Of a DNA stretch of 64,000 nucleotides, positions 40,132 to 50,558 are shown piece after piece (the stretch's first letter is position 1; every line of letters begins with the position of its first letter). The notes under the pieces were generated by a model, which saw nothing but the letters and a program-made list of their open reading frames with translations, did no database searches and was not told the origin of the DNA. Both the position numbers and the translations under genes were made by a program. Source of the stretch: Kondoa subrosea (Eukaryota); assembly GCA_039545335.1 (NCBI GenBank), contig BCIN01000005.1:248001-312000 (forward strand), in the 5' to 3' direction.

Positions 40132-42492
40132 TTAAATCGTGTCTGAAATTGTTACTTGCGAATGGAGATTCCGAGCTCTGCCCATGCGACTATCTTCGTC
40201 ACTCTCTTCTTCCGCTTTGATTTCTCTGCCTCGCTCCCTTCTCACATTCGTTTCTACCGTGTCCAAGAACTTGATCGTTTCTCTGAATCTTCGATTCGCC
40301 TTCAAAGCCCATTCAATCTCATCTGCATTCAAAACTACTTCCATTCTTCTCAACATATTCCGAGCCAGCTTGACCAACCTCCTCATCGCGAAACCTTTGA
40401 CAACCGTGGTGTAGGTAGCTATATTTGGTTGAGGTATAGGCCCTTTGATGGCTTCCAATTCTATCCAATGAGGGGTTGGGTGTTGACTTTCCATTCTTCC
40501 CAGCAAATCGTACACATTTCCAACTTCTCCTACTCGAGCATAACCGCCGATTAGGGAAGTAAAGGTGAGAATAGAAGGTTTGATAGATCGAGCTTGCATA
40601 TCCAAGACCACAGATAAAGCGCGATCAGGTTGACGAGCCCGGCAGAAGGCGTCGATGAAAGGCTGAAAGTTGGCTGCATCAGGTGCTTGGTAATTCGAAA
40701 GTATAGTTGCGGTTGAAGTGAGATCGCCGTAAGAGGTTTCGAGGAAAGAGCGGTACAGGTTTTCGATTGGTGTGACAGCCAAGCGATGCTCAAGGCGGAG
40801 CAGGCATTGGTAAAGAAGAGCTAGCGTATAGCAAGAAGGTGTGATGCGATAGATATGGGAGAGATCATAAGGAAGCTTGCCAAGTAAAGGTACAAAAAGT
40901 GCTTCATTTGGCACACCAAGAGGGAGGAAAGCATGCTGGAAGGTTGCTACTGCCAATCCAGGTTGGTCATGCTGTATATGGTAGAGCATTAAAGCATTTA
41001 TCCATAGTCTAGTGACATTCGCTGAGGTAATATCATGAACTCGATTTGTCTCTTTGTTGGGTAGCTGTAAGGGAGCAAGGGAGAGGATTTGCCACGGCGC
41101 TTGAAGGTTGAGAGTTCTTTGACAAAGGGCAACGAAACCAGCTAAAGTAGTTGCTGACAATCCGTTCACACCATACAAACTACTGCTGATCACTCGCTGA
41201 ATTTCATGGCGAGCTTCTTCAAGAGAAAGAGATTCGATATATCGATACCCTAAGCCATCGTTCTTGACCAAATACGGCTCGACTCTATCCCGTTGACTGA
41301 TTTGACCAAGCCGAAAGCGATTGCAAGAAGGATATTGTTCAGCAAGCCGTTCGCTCAGTTGTTGCTTCATGAGTGAGAAGAGTGGATTGGGCCTCTTGTA
41401 CTTGGCCATAGCAGCGTCCAAAGCATCCAATAGTGTAATATAAGTCTTTTCTTCAATGTAAGGCTGATTGACACCAAACGGATAAGAAGGTGATCCATCC
41501 AACGCCCATTGAATTATTTCCCCGATGCTTCGCGATTTTGACATATGAACTAGAATCGCATTCCACCTTTCACGCAATAATCTATTCACTTCTTTATGGT
41601 AACCACTTGCAGCATTGTCAGATTCTTGATACACATCCCTTTCTTGAGCATATTTGATAGCTGTGCTACTGATTTCTTTCCAATGACGCCGAAATTCTGC
41701 AGTTGTCAATGTACGAGAAAGATCCAGCAGAGACCATCGGATCCAACGAAGAAAGCCTTTAGAAGCTGCTATTTGCGTGAAGCGAGATATGACTTTTTTC
41801 CGTTGTCGCACACTATCCGGCGTAGATTTAGATATGGATCTGGAAGCTAGTAGCATTCGCTCGACCTCGTGAAATTGACCTTTTGACGATTTCATGGCGA
41901 AAGAGGAAGAATCATAAGTAGCCATGGCTGGAATATACGACCACCAAGTCAAGAAAGAGTCCAATTGATCCGCTTTCAGGCGTTCACGGGCAAATGTGAA
42001 GAACCGTTCTTCGTTTTCCAATACTTCTTCTTGCTTCTTGAACTCGCTTAACAGCTCCAAAGCTAGCTCTTCATTAACAGATCCTGTAGTAGGTAACAGA
42101 AGAGAGAGAATAGTAGAAGTAGGTGTTCTGCTCTCCGGTATCGGCTCATCTGAGAAATGTCGGCTGTACTCTGATGAAGGTGCTTCGAAGAGCCCAGGTT
42201 CTGGTGGAAGAGGAGGAGGTCTTCTATGATTCAGAACAGAGCGAGCCAGGGATATAGCTTGCTTGTGTTGAGCAGATATTGGTTTATGTTGCTCATTGGG
42301 TTCTTCAAGAAAGGAATCGCTCGAGTCTGCCAGTATTTGAGGATCAGATGCTACGGTATCCCTGTAGATTGCTGCCGCTGATTGGAAGCGTCGCGTGAAA
42401 GGCGCATGATTGACAGGTTTGCTGAAATTTTGTTGGACAAGGTAGAACAGCTCGGTAGGCAAAGAAGCGCCATAGCGGAGCATGCTATCCAT
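40132..42492 (-). CDS. Pentatricopeptide-repeat (PPR) protein, probably mitochondrial
   Basis: Intronless 786-aa ORF with PPR motifs PDAANFQPFIDAFCRARQPDRALSVVLDMQARSIKP-SILTFTSLIGGYARVGEVGNVYDLLGRM and PNIATYTTVVKGFAMRR; Arg-containing N-terminus (TRRFQSAA) resembles a presequence. Confidence 0.88.
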   Translation of the reverse strand: MDSMLRYGASLPTELFYLVQQNFSKPVNHAPFTRRFQSAAAIYRDTVASDPQILADSSDSFLEEPNEQHKPISAQHKQAISLARSVLNHRRPPPLPPEPGLFEAPSSEYSRHFSDEPIPESRTPTSTILSLLLPTTGSVNEELALELLSEFKKQEEVLENEERFFTFARERLKADQLDSFLTWWSYIPAMATYDSSSFAMKSSKGQFHEVERMLLASRSISKSTPDSVRQRKKVISRFTQIAASKGFLRWIRWSLLDLSRTLTTAEFRRHWKEISSTAIKYAQERDVYQESDNAASGYHKEVNRLLRERWNAILVHMSKSRSIGEIIQWALDGSPSYPFGVNQPYIEEKTYITLLDALDAAMAKYKRPNPLFSLMKQQLSERLAEQYPSCNRFRLGQISQRDRVEPYLVKNDGLGYRYIESLSLEEARHEIQRVISSSLYGVNGLSATTLAGFVALCQRTLNLQAPWQILSLAPLQLPNKETNRVHDITSANVTRLWINALMLYHIQHDQPGLAVATFQHAFLPLGVPNEALFVPLLGKLPYDLSHIYRITPSCYTLALLYQCLLRLEHRLAVTPIENLYRSFLETSYGDLTSTATILSNYQAPDAANFQPFIDAFCRARQPDRALSVVLDMQARSIKPSILTFTSLIGGYARVGEVGNVYDLLGRMESQHPTPHWIELEAIKGPIPQPNIATYTTVVKGFAMRRLVKLARNMLRRMEVVLNADEIEWALKANRRFRETIKFLDTVETNVRRERGREIKAEEESDEDSRMGRARNLHSQVTISDTI

Positions 42493-42638
42493 AGAGCGAT
42501 CATGAGCTGCTGCTCTTTGTGCTTGTAAGCAGCGCAGACATACAAGTAGACGAGCGAACGGTTTCTGGTCAAGCGACCGAAGTTCGACTATATTACATTG
42601 ACATCTTTATCTGATCCAGCAGATATGCATACATTCCC

Positions 42639-44083
42639 TTAAATCATCTCATAGGCAGCAAACCATTCGACCCTTGTAAGTTGAAGACTGTATCCTTCAA
42701 GAGCTGTGAGAGCAAGCCGTGCTGACATTCGCAAGATATCTTGTTGCTGTAAACAGAAACGTTAAGACAATCAGCGCATTGCTGAGTGCATTACATGTCG
42801 CACTTACCTGTCGCGAATTGCTTTCCCTAAGGCAGTTTCTTCTTTCTTTCCATCAGCAGCTTCAGTTCCACCAGTACTGCCAACAGTCACCGCCTTCTCT
42901 TTACCCTTAGCAGATCCAGAACTTTTAGCTGCAGCAGCTTCCGGAGCCAAGTACGAAACCGGTGCTCTGCTGTTCAGACTAGATTCCGTCTTGCTCAACT
43001 TATGCGTCAGATCGGCAATTTGGGAAGTCGTGTACGCTCGATTGGATACTAGAGGAGATTGAGAAAGAGTCATGACCCAATACTTATTCCACAGCAGATC
43101 GAGAAGTTTGGTGTCGAGCGAAGATTTGAAGTGAGAGATTTCTAAAGGATAGTATCGATTTGCATGAGCTCCAAAATCTTCAATCTTGTTCAGTGGTACA
43201 GATTGATATTCTGATTGAGCTGCATTGGGTGGTGTGTAGCCCTGTATGTTGCACTCATCCATCAGCAAACATTACGCGAGAATCAGAGCGCACATACGTC
43301 TGGATAAGTACGGAAAGCACCAATTTCGACTCGACCAGCAGAAACAGTTCTGTTCGGATCAATCTGTATGTAACAAGCTCAGAAGAAGGTTACGAATCTG
43401 TCTTTGACAGCACGTACGACAATAGCAAGGAAAGGATCTTGAAACATCTGATTCGTCATCTGCGTCATGACATCGATACCCGAGAGCCAACAGCCGTAAC
43501 CAGGATGCGAATGATACCAACCGACAATGTTCTCAGTACGCCCGACCTGTTGTCCCATTCAGCTGCAATAACAACTACGTGAAGATCCACACGAACAGCT
43601 GAAGAATTGGTCTGGTACTCGACAGCGAAAGCGTCTGCTTCAGCTCCAGCGTTGACACGGGTTTCTGTACCAATAACAGGAAGAGGGAAAGCGTCCAAAA
43701 CGACAAAGGTGTCTCCGTCTGTTCGTCCAGTGTTACAGCTCAATACATGAGTAGATGTACACAAGCTCTAGACGGACCTATTTTGCCCTGCATGAGACCC
43801 ATGATCTCGTACTGTCCTCCAGACCGAGCGTGCATGACCTATTTACGAATCAGCTTATGCCGGACAGTCACAGGAGCATGTGTACCATTTTGATGAGCGC
43901 TGTAGCAGCAATACGAACGTTCTTGAAATAAGCAGGATCACTCTTCCATGGTCGAGCTTTGAGTAACTCTTTCTGTGCAGCTGAATCTGTTCGATAGATC
44001 GCATCTGGGTCCACTGTCTGCACTGAGTTATTGAGCTCAAAGGTCTTGGCTGCTATAGCTGAGCTGGAAGTGGAAGCTGCCAT
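42639..44083 (-). CDS. RRI1: COP9 signalosome subunit 5, JAMM deneddylase
   Basis: [130 protein letters not shown]. Confidence 0.97.
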
Positions 44084-44168
44084 GTTCAAGATTCGTTGAC
44101 ACGAGAAGACCTTTAAGAAATCGAGTGGAACACAATAAAGCAAGTGAGGCGTGTAGAGATATGCATTT

Positions 44169-47100
44169 CTACACTTCTAATGTCTCTATTGCCTCTATCT
44201 TCCCGTTTGTATGCTTTTCTTCTACTCCAAAGCCTTTCGCAAGTGGGTAGACTGATGACGCTTTTTGCTGGAACTCGCTCAAACGCGAAGATGATGCAGC
44301 TTTCAGCAACTCTTGAGCTTCCTTGACCACCTGAATACATCTTTAGCTCCTTACACTAAAAACAACGCGATCACTAACCGTTAGATCTTGCTTCGCTTCT
44401 GGCCGAAGCAAGTTGAAGAGCAATTCTTCTTGCTGAGCAGGTTCTGAGCATCGTGCAACGGCAAGGACATGTTCTGGCGATTCTCCGTTCCGTTGTAGGA
44501 CGTCCGCATTGGCTGCTTCAATAGATGGCCAAGGGAAAAGACTTTCTGATACTGCTTTGTACGTCGCTAGTGCTTCGCTCGATAGAATAGCTGATTCTGC
44601 TAACGAGGCTTTGTGGAACTGGACTAAACGTGGATGAAGAAGAGCGCTTGAGAGGTCGAGAGAATGTGCTGTGCGTAGCGCTTGCAAAGCTTTTAGGTGA
44701 AGTTCTAGTAACGAATTGTTTAGACATCTTCAGTTCAAAGCAACGGAGAATACTCACTTTGCCTGAATGCGACATCAAAGGACAGAATCCAGACTTCTAT
44801 ATGCTTTGATCCCATTTGTTGAAGGGGTAAGAGAAGTTTAGCAGCTTCCGCCAGCGGATTCTCTGCTGCTGCTAATTTCTCTCCTCGAGGATCTTCATCT
44901 ACTTTAGTTGCTGTGCTTTCTTCTTCTTTCGCTGCTCCACCTGTACGTTTGGTCCACGTCTGAGCAAAGGTTCGCACAACACGGCAGCGGACGTACCTCT
45001 GGCCGGAATTACTGCTGCGGCAGCTTTTGCTTTCGCATCAGCTTTCTTGGCCTTCTTCGCTGCTTTCCGCTTCTCTTCTTCCGCAAGCGCGTCTGCAAAC
45101 AGCTGTCAGTATTATTCGCTCATGTCCAGCTGCACCTACTGTCTTCCGCACTGCCGTTACTTTTTGGCTTGTCGGCCAATTTCAAGTAGATCTGATCAGA
45201 TTTTAGCTCAAAGAACGGGACAATAGAGCGTAGACCAACATCCGTTGCTGACTTGACAGCTTTGAAATAGCTAGGATGCGAATAAAGCTGATCCTCGAAT
45301 TTGATGCAACTAGATACGACTCTTCAGCTATGTGATAGCATTGCAAAGGTGATGGACTCACTCTACGTATGCTCGCACTGTTGCCTTGCGCAAACACCAA
45401 GTATGGAAATCATATTCATCATCTCGATAATCGGCAAAGATCTGTCATGGAGACAAAAAAATTCAGCCTAAGCAGGCATGCTTTCAAGTCTGGACGACTG
45501 GCCTTGTCTATTTGATGAAAACGTTTCAGCGCCATACCAATATTTCCTTGCCTCTTCCAACTTTCTCCTTCTTCAAGCAAATACCATAAGCATTGCATAT
45601 CCGTCAGATCGCCCACCGGAGTCGCAGCGTCCTTCTGTACATTACGGAAATAAAAATGAGCGCTCAGCTCAGTCGACATGCCGTTCACGCACTCTGGTGA
45701 AAAGACCAGCGATCGATTCGGCTTCTTTTACTTTATCGACCCTCAACAAATATTTCGCTCCCTTCCCATTCAAGAAGCGATCCTGCCCATCCAAAGCTCT
45801 AGCTTCACTCATTGCTTGTTCAGCTCCAACAGGATCACCAGCTCTTTTCAGTACTCGAGCTTTCATCATGAACAATTCAGGTAAAGTAGGAGTATGGGTA
45901 ATAGCTTCTTCGAGGTATGTTAATGCTTGTTTGTGGTCTGATTGAATGGAAGTATGTTGCGCTAGGAAATAGAGTAGCCAAATGAGGGTAGTAGGCGAAT
46001 CGTGTTCATGAATTTCATCTTCTGTTGGAGGCAAACCGTCTAATGTTCCAGTCCGTGTGAGATTGGAATAAAGCTCTGTGAGGACTTCAGAAAGAATAGC
46101 GGTCTTTTCTGACGAGGTGTAAAGAGGTTTGAGATCGGCGAAAAGAGAAGGAACGCCTTTGATCAGGTATTCGACCAGATAGGCGCGCACTCGTCTTCGG
46201 AGAACGTCGCCTGTATAACAGGGCAGATTTTTCAGCTATGAAATAGCTAATCAAATGCTTGCTGTACCTCGGGCAACCTTCAGCGTCAGACGACGAACAG
46301 CAAATGATTTCGGCAAGCTGATAAAGAGGTCATCCAGTATCTCCAGTGCTTTGTCAGATGTTTCTTCATCATCTGTCAAGATGCGAAAAGGTGATCGGTA
46401 CGAGATTGATATACTTGTTTGCAGTCTGACCTATTGAAGCTCCTCTAGCCCTAGCATATTGCCTAATGAATTCGTAATTGTCTGGATTATCTTCTAGCAA
46501 AGCACGATATGCCAATTCGGCCGATTTCAGCTTGTCCGCTTTGAGTAGTAATCGAGCACGAGTGGCAGCAAAGCTAAAGCGGTCAATGACTTTTGCAGAT
46601 TGGTTATCAAGGTATTCGATCGCTTCTTCTTCCCTCTGCGCATCTTCAAAGACAAAAGCGTGGTAAAGTATGAGCTCGGAATAGTCAAAGTCGTGTTTTG
46701 GTATCTGTACTTGCAAGTCTTCGAACTTTATGAGCACGTCCAAAGCTTTATCGTATTGCTTGTTGATATGATAAGAGACTGCGAGACCTAGCCAAGAAGT
46801 ACGAAGCTTGGGCTGAAGAGCGAGAAGATGAATTCGATGAGGCAGAACATCTGCGAACTTGCGTAGTTGCATTTGGACTGTGACGAGATCCCTGACCATT
46901 CCGACTTGATCCTGCGACGCAAAACATGAGAAGGGACTAGCACAGTGGGAAGAATAGACCGACAGGATCAATCTTGACAGCTTGAGTATAGCAAGCCAAA
47001 GCCTGGACATAGTCTTTTTCGCTTCTGTGAATGAGAGCATTGACATGCCAGCAGATATGACTGTTCATGTTGAGCCTGACACCCTTCTTGACGAGCTCGT

Positions 47101-47314
47101 GCCCTTCCTCTTTCTTGCCCATATTATAAGTAATGATGCCTTTCATGCACACAGTCTCTCCATGCTCTGGCGATTTCTTCAAGATCGTGTCTGCAGTCTT
47201 GAGTCCTCGCTTGTAAGCCCGACTCTCGTAATCCGCGAGCAGTTCTTTGAATAATTTCGCTTCTTTGGCAGCCAGCGCTTGCCCAGAAGCAGGCACTTTG
47301 GTCACTTTGCTCAT
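44169..47314 (-). CDS. NAT1: NatA N-terminal acetyltransferase auxiliary subunit (Naa15)
   Basis: [121 protein letters not shown]. Confidence 0.96.
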
Positions 47315-47540
47315 CCTAGTCACGACAGGTATGTAGCCAAGCAAGCAGTCTGGGTAACAACAGGCTAAAACAGCGAGGTATACAGCACACAGCAGAAACC
47401 AGATCACCGTTTTTGGTCGAAGAGCTCGTTTTCATTATTCTGTCATACTTTCTCCTGTTTCGGCTGCGTCTACATTGTGTGCCAGCTCCTCAGCTTTCTT
47501 CTCTTTTTCTTCTTCTCGTAATCATTATTCAGCTGGAATC
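47315..47540. promoter_or_regulatory. Probable bidirectional promoter between NAT1 and the RCC1-repeat gene
   Basis: 226 bp between divergent ATGs, with a pyrimidine-rich tract near 47490-47517; positional inference. Confidence 0.5.
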
Positions 47541-48623
47541 ATGCTGTTTCAAATGGGATATAATGCTGCATCGGTAGAGGATTTCTTATTGCCAGAAGAC
47601 TGTCATCTTCCGTCTCCTCTGCCGGGTCAGCGTAGAGCCATTGTCGCTCTTTGGGCTTCCCGAATTGTGAGTTCAAAGCGCTTTGTGCGTGTTACACATT
47701 TCCGATGCACATTATAGCTCGAAGATGACCAAGGTCAACTGTCAGTCATCTCACCTGGAACAAATATAGTGATCGATCCAGCCAACAAAGTCCAAGCCTT
47801 CCTTGGTTCCGATGATTTTCACTTAATTCTCTACGAAAATGGTGATCTTACCTCAATCTCGGGTGAAGTGATCTGCGAAGGTATTCAGCATGCATCAACG
47901 ACTAGTAATGGACAAGTCTTGCTAGTATCAAGCGATAACCCCTCACTAATAGCAACATTCGAAGATTTATCAGCATTGAATTCCCAAACCATATTATCTA
48001 CTTATACTCTTCCTGAACCATACCAAATAACCACAATTACATCAGGAGCAGGTCAATTCCTTATTCAAACGACTCCTTCAGCTATTTTCACCCTAAGCAG
48101 AGATAATCGATTTGGTCAGCTAGGTAGAAAAGCAGATCCATTCCTCGTCAAACCAGAGCAAGAATTTGGCATGGTCGAGATCTTCGAAGGGTTGAGCATT
48201 GAGAAGATCAGTATGGGCGATTTACATTGCGCTGTAATTGCTGAAGGAAGTCTGTATCTATGGGGAAGTGACCAAGCGAATCAATGCAACGGGGAAGGTG
48301 GATCTGAGCCTACTTTGGTGGATTTGGATGTTGGAGAAGAAGAAGAACAACCTACAATCGTGGATGTAGCCTGCTGTGGTGCCAGTACAATTGCCGTTAC
48401 AGAAGCAGGTGATGTATGGGTTGTCGGAAAGAGTGAGCTCCAAGTCATTTTGTGCTATATGTACTGAGATACTACTGTAGATCAGTATGGTCAGCTTGGT
48501 TTGGGTCACTCGGATCCAGTCAAGAAGTTCGAGAAGAATGGCAACCTGTCGAAAGCTACTTCAGTGGTGTGTTCGAGGTGGACAACGTACATTACAGCAG
48601 AATCAGCAACTACGACAGCCTGA
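47541..48623 (+). CDS. RCC1/BLIP-II repeat protein
   Basis: DNRFGQLG, ISMGDLHCAVIAEGSLYLWGSDQANQC, VACCGASTIAVTEAGDVWVVGKNQYGQLGLG; two introns. Confidence 0.88.
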
Positions 48624-48703
48624 AGCCAATCGTGGCATCGTATAGACAATTTCCCTTTGTCTCAGGTGTTCATCATCTCATCTAACGAACACATTACGCC
48701 ATC

Positions 48704-50313
48704 ATGCTCCTCTTCCCGTCCGCCGCAGTACCTATGTCAATAGTCTCTTCAGAACGTAAACCGACACTTCAAAAGAGTTTGGCTGCCATCTTTTCTCCTC
48801 TTGAAGTTCAAGCTACTTTCGAACCGCTTCTGGTCTCCCCAAATTACCTTACCGCGCCCCGACCTGAACAGGTGCGCTCACTATCCTCCAGCTCCCGTAA
48901 TTCTGTTGAACAAGCTGCTCCAGTATCCCTATCCTCTCCAGCTCGTCAATCAAGCTATCCTCCATCTGAAACTCGCGAGCGATTATACAAATGGTGTTTC
49001 GCAACAGAACTAACACCAACAGAAAATCAGATCGGCCAAGCTATTATGCACCATCGAAACAAATACCTAATGACGATTCAGCGTAAGGGTTTCGAAGATC
49101 TGAAGTTGGAAACCAAACTCGTCAAAGCGTTACTACCGTCAGACAAGATAGCTTCTCATGGTGTTAGTCGACAAGTTCAAGATGCTTTCTACTCCCTAAT
49201 AGCTAAACGATGTCGAGTTTTTGCGACTGATGGTGTGGGGAAAAAAAAGGACATGCCAAATTGCCATATCTCTGTTATTCCTAAGGAGCTCTTCGCCCTG
49301 ATGTCTCCCAAACGCAAAGATAAAGATCAGCTCGACCATCTTACCTCGCTTTGGGTTGCAGAACAGCAACGTCAAATTGCTTTGGCGCAAACTTCCCTTC
49401 AATTCTTACATCGCCTCATTCTTGTCTGCTACAGACCGAGTCATGTCTTCTTGGTAGTCGTATACTTGATTGAAGGGGTCTTCGTGCTGTATGATAACCC
49501 TTCAAATTCAGAAGATGGAACGAATAGAAGTCAAAATCGTTTCTTTCTAGAAGTCCCAGCCCTGTTTGAGGGCTGGTGGAGAACGGAACAGGTGCTGAAA
49601 GCGGTCGAAGAACGAGTCGAGGTACCAGCGTGGTCAAGGGACAACATCAGACTAGAACATAAGGCAAGCTATCACCAGGTGAGGTCGATCTGTACTGACT
49701 GAATCACCTTCACAGTTCACTCCAAATCTGAGCGGGCATGATTGTGTAAGCTCGACGGCGACTCAGGAAATCTTGATCCTTGCTGATATCTGCTTCAAGT
49801 CAATTATCGTTATGCAACTTGTAGAGCAGATCACAAGGCATCCTTCACCTAGTGCAATTAGTCAGTCTAATAAGAGCGCTAATTATGCCGCGCTGACACA
49901 TGTATTACAGTCCAATACTGCAACTTTCCAAGTGACATGGAAGCTATTCTCTTTGCCCGAAAGCGAATCATGCATTGCCTGGTCACGGGATCTTTACCTT
50001 TTCTATACGACGTTTGGCTGGACATGTCTCACGAAACAATCTTTCTCCCTTCCAACCCCGCTCGAAGAGTTGAGACTATTTATTTTTGTGAGTACGAACA
50101 CATCATACCACAGAAGCTTCATGCTGATGTTCATTCTTAGGCGCAGCACTGAAGAGCGGGGAGATACTACGCAAGTGAGTGCTTTGCGATTCACCTCGAT
50201 TACGGATTGATCAGCCTTATAGATATCATAGAGATCCGGCTTTCATCGATGCGTATAAGTTGGCTCTATTGGAAAGCTCACAGCAACAACGAAGGAAATC
50301 AGGCAGGCAGTAA
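48704..50313 (+). CDS. Diverged Ulp1/peptidase C48-like cysteine protease
   Basis: Spliced DAFYSLIAKR, PSHVFLVVVYLIEGVFVLYDN (His-x16-Asp), YHQFTPNLSGHDCSIIVMQ (Cys) and FPSDMEAILFARKRIMHCL, in the order of the Ulp1 catalytic domain. Confidence 0.7.
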
Positions 50314-50558
50314 CATTGTGTTCGAGTTGATATGTAAGATAATTCACAGCACGCATGCTATACAATAAAGCATGTAGTTTAAATAATCCTAGTGTACGTG
50401 AGAAAGGCATGCACTGAAAGATTGCGACAGAGTGCGGCTGCAAGACGACACTACTAGTAGTGGCGTGTCTCTGTTTTTCCTCGAGATTGAGCGTGTCATA
50501 TATTTCGAAACCGCGACGGAGGTGTCCTCGAGCTGACAGAGTTACCCAGAACCACAGC

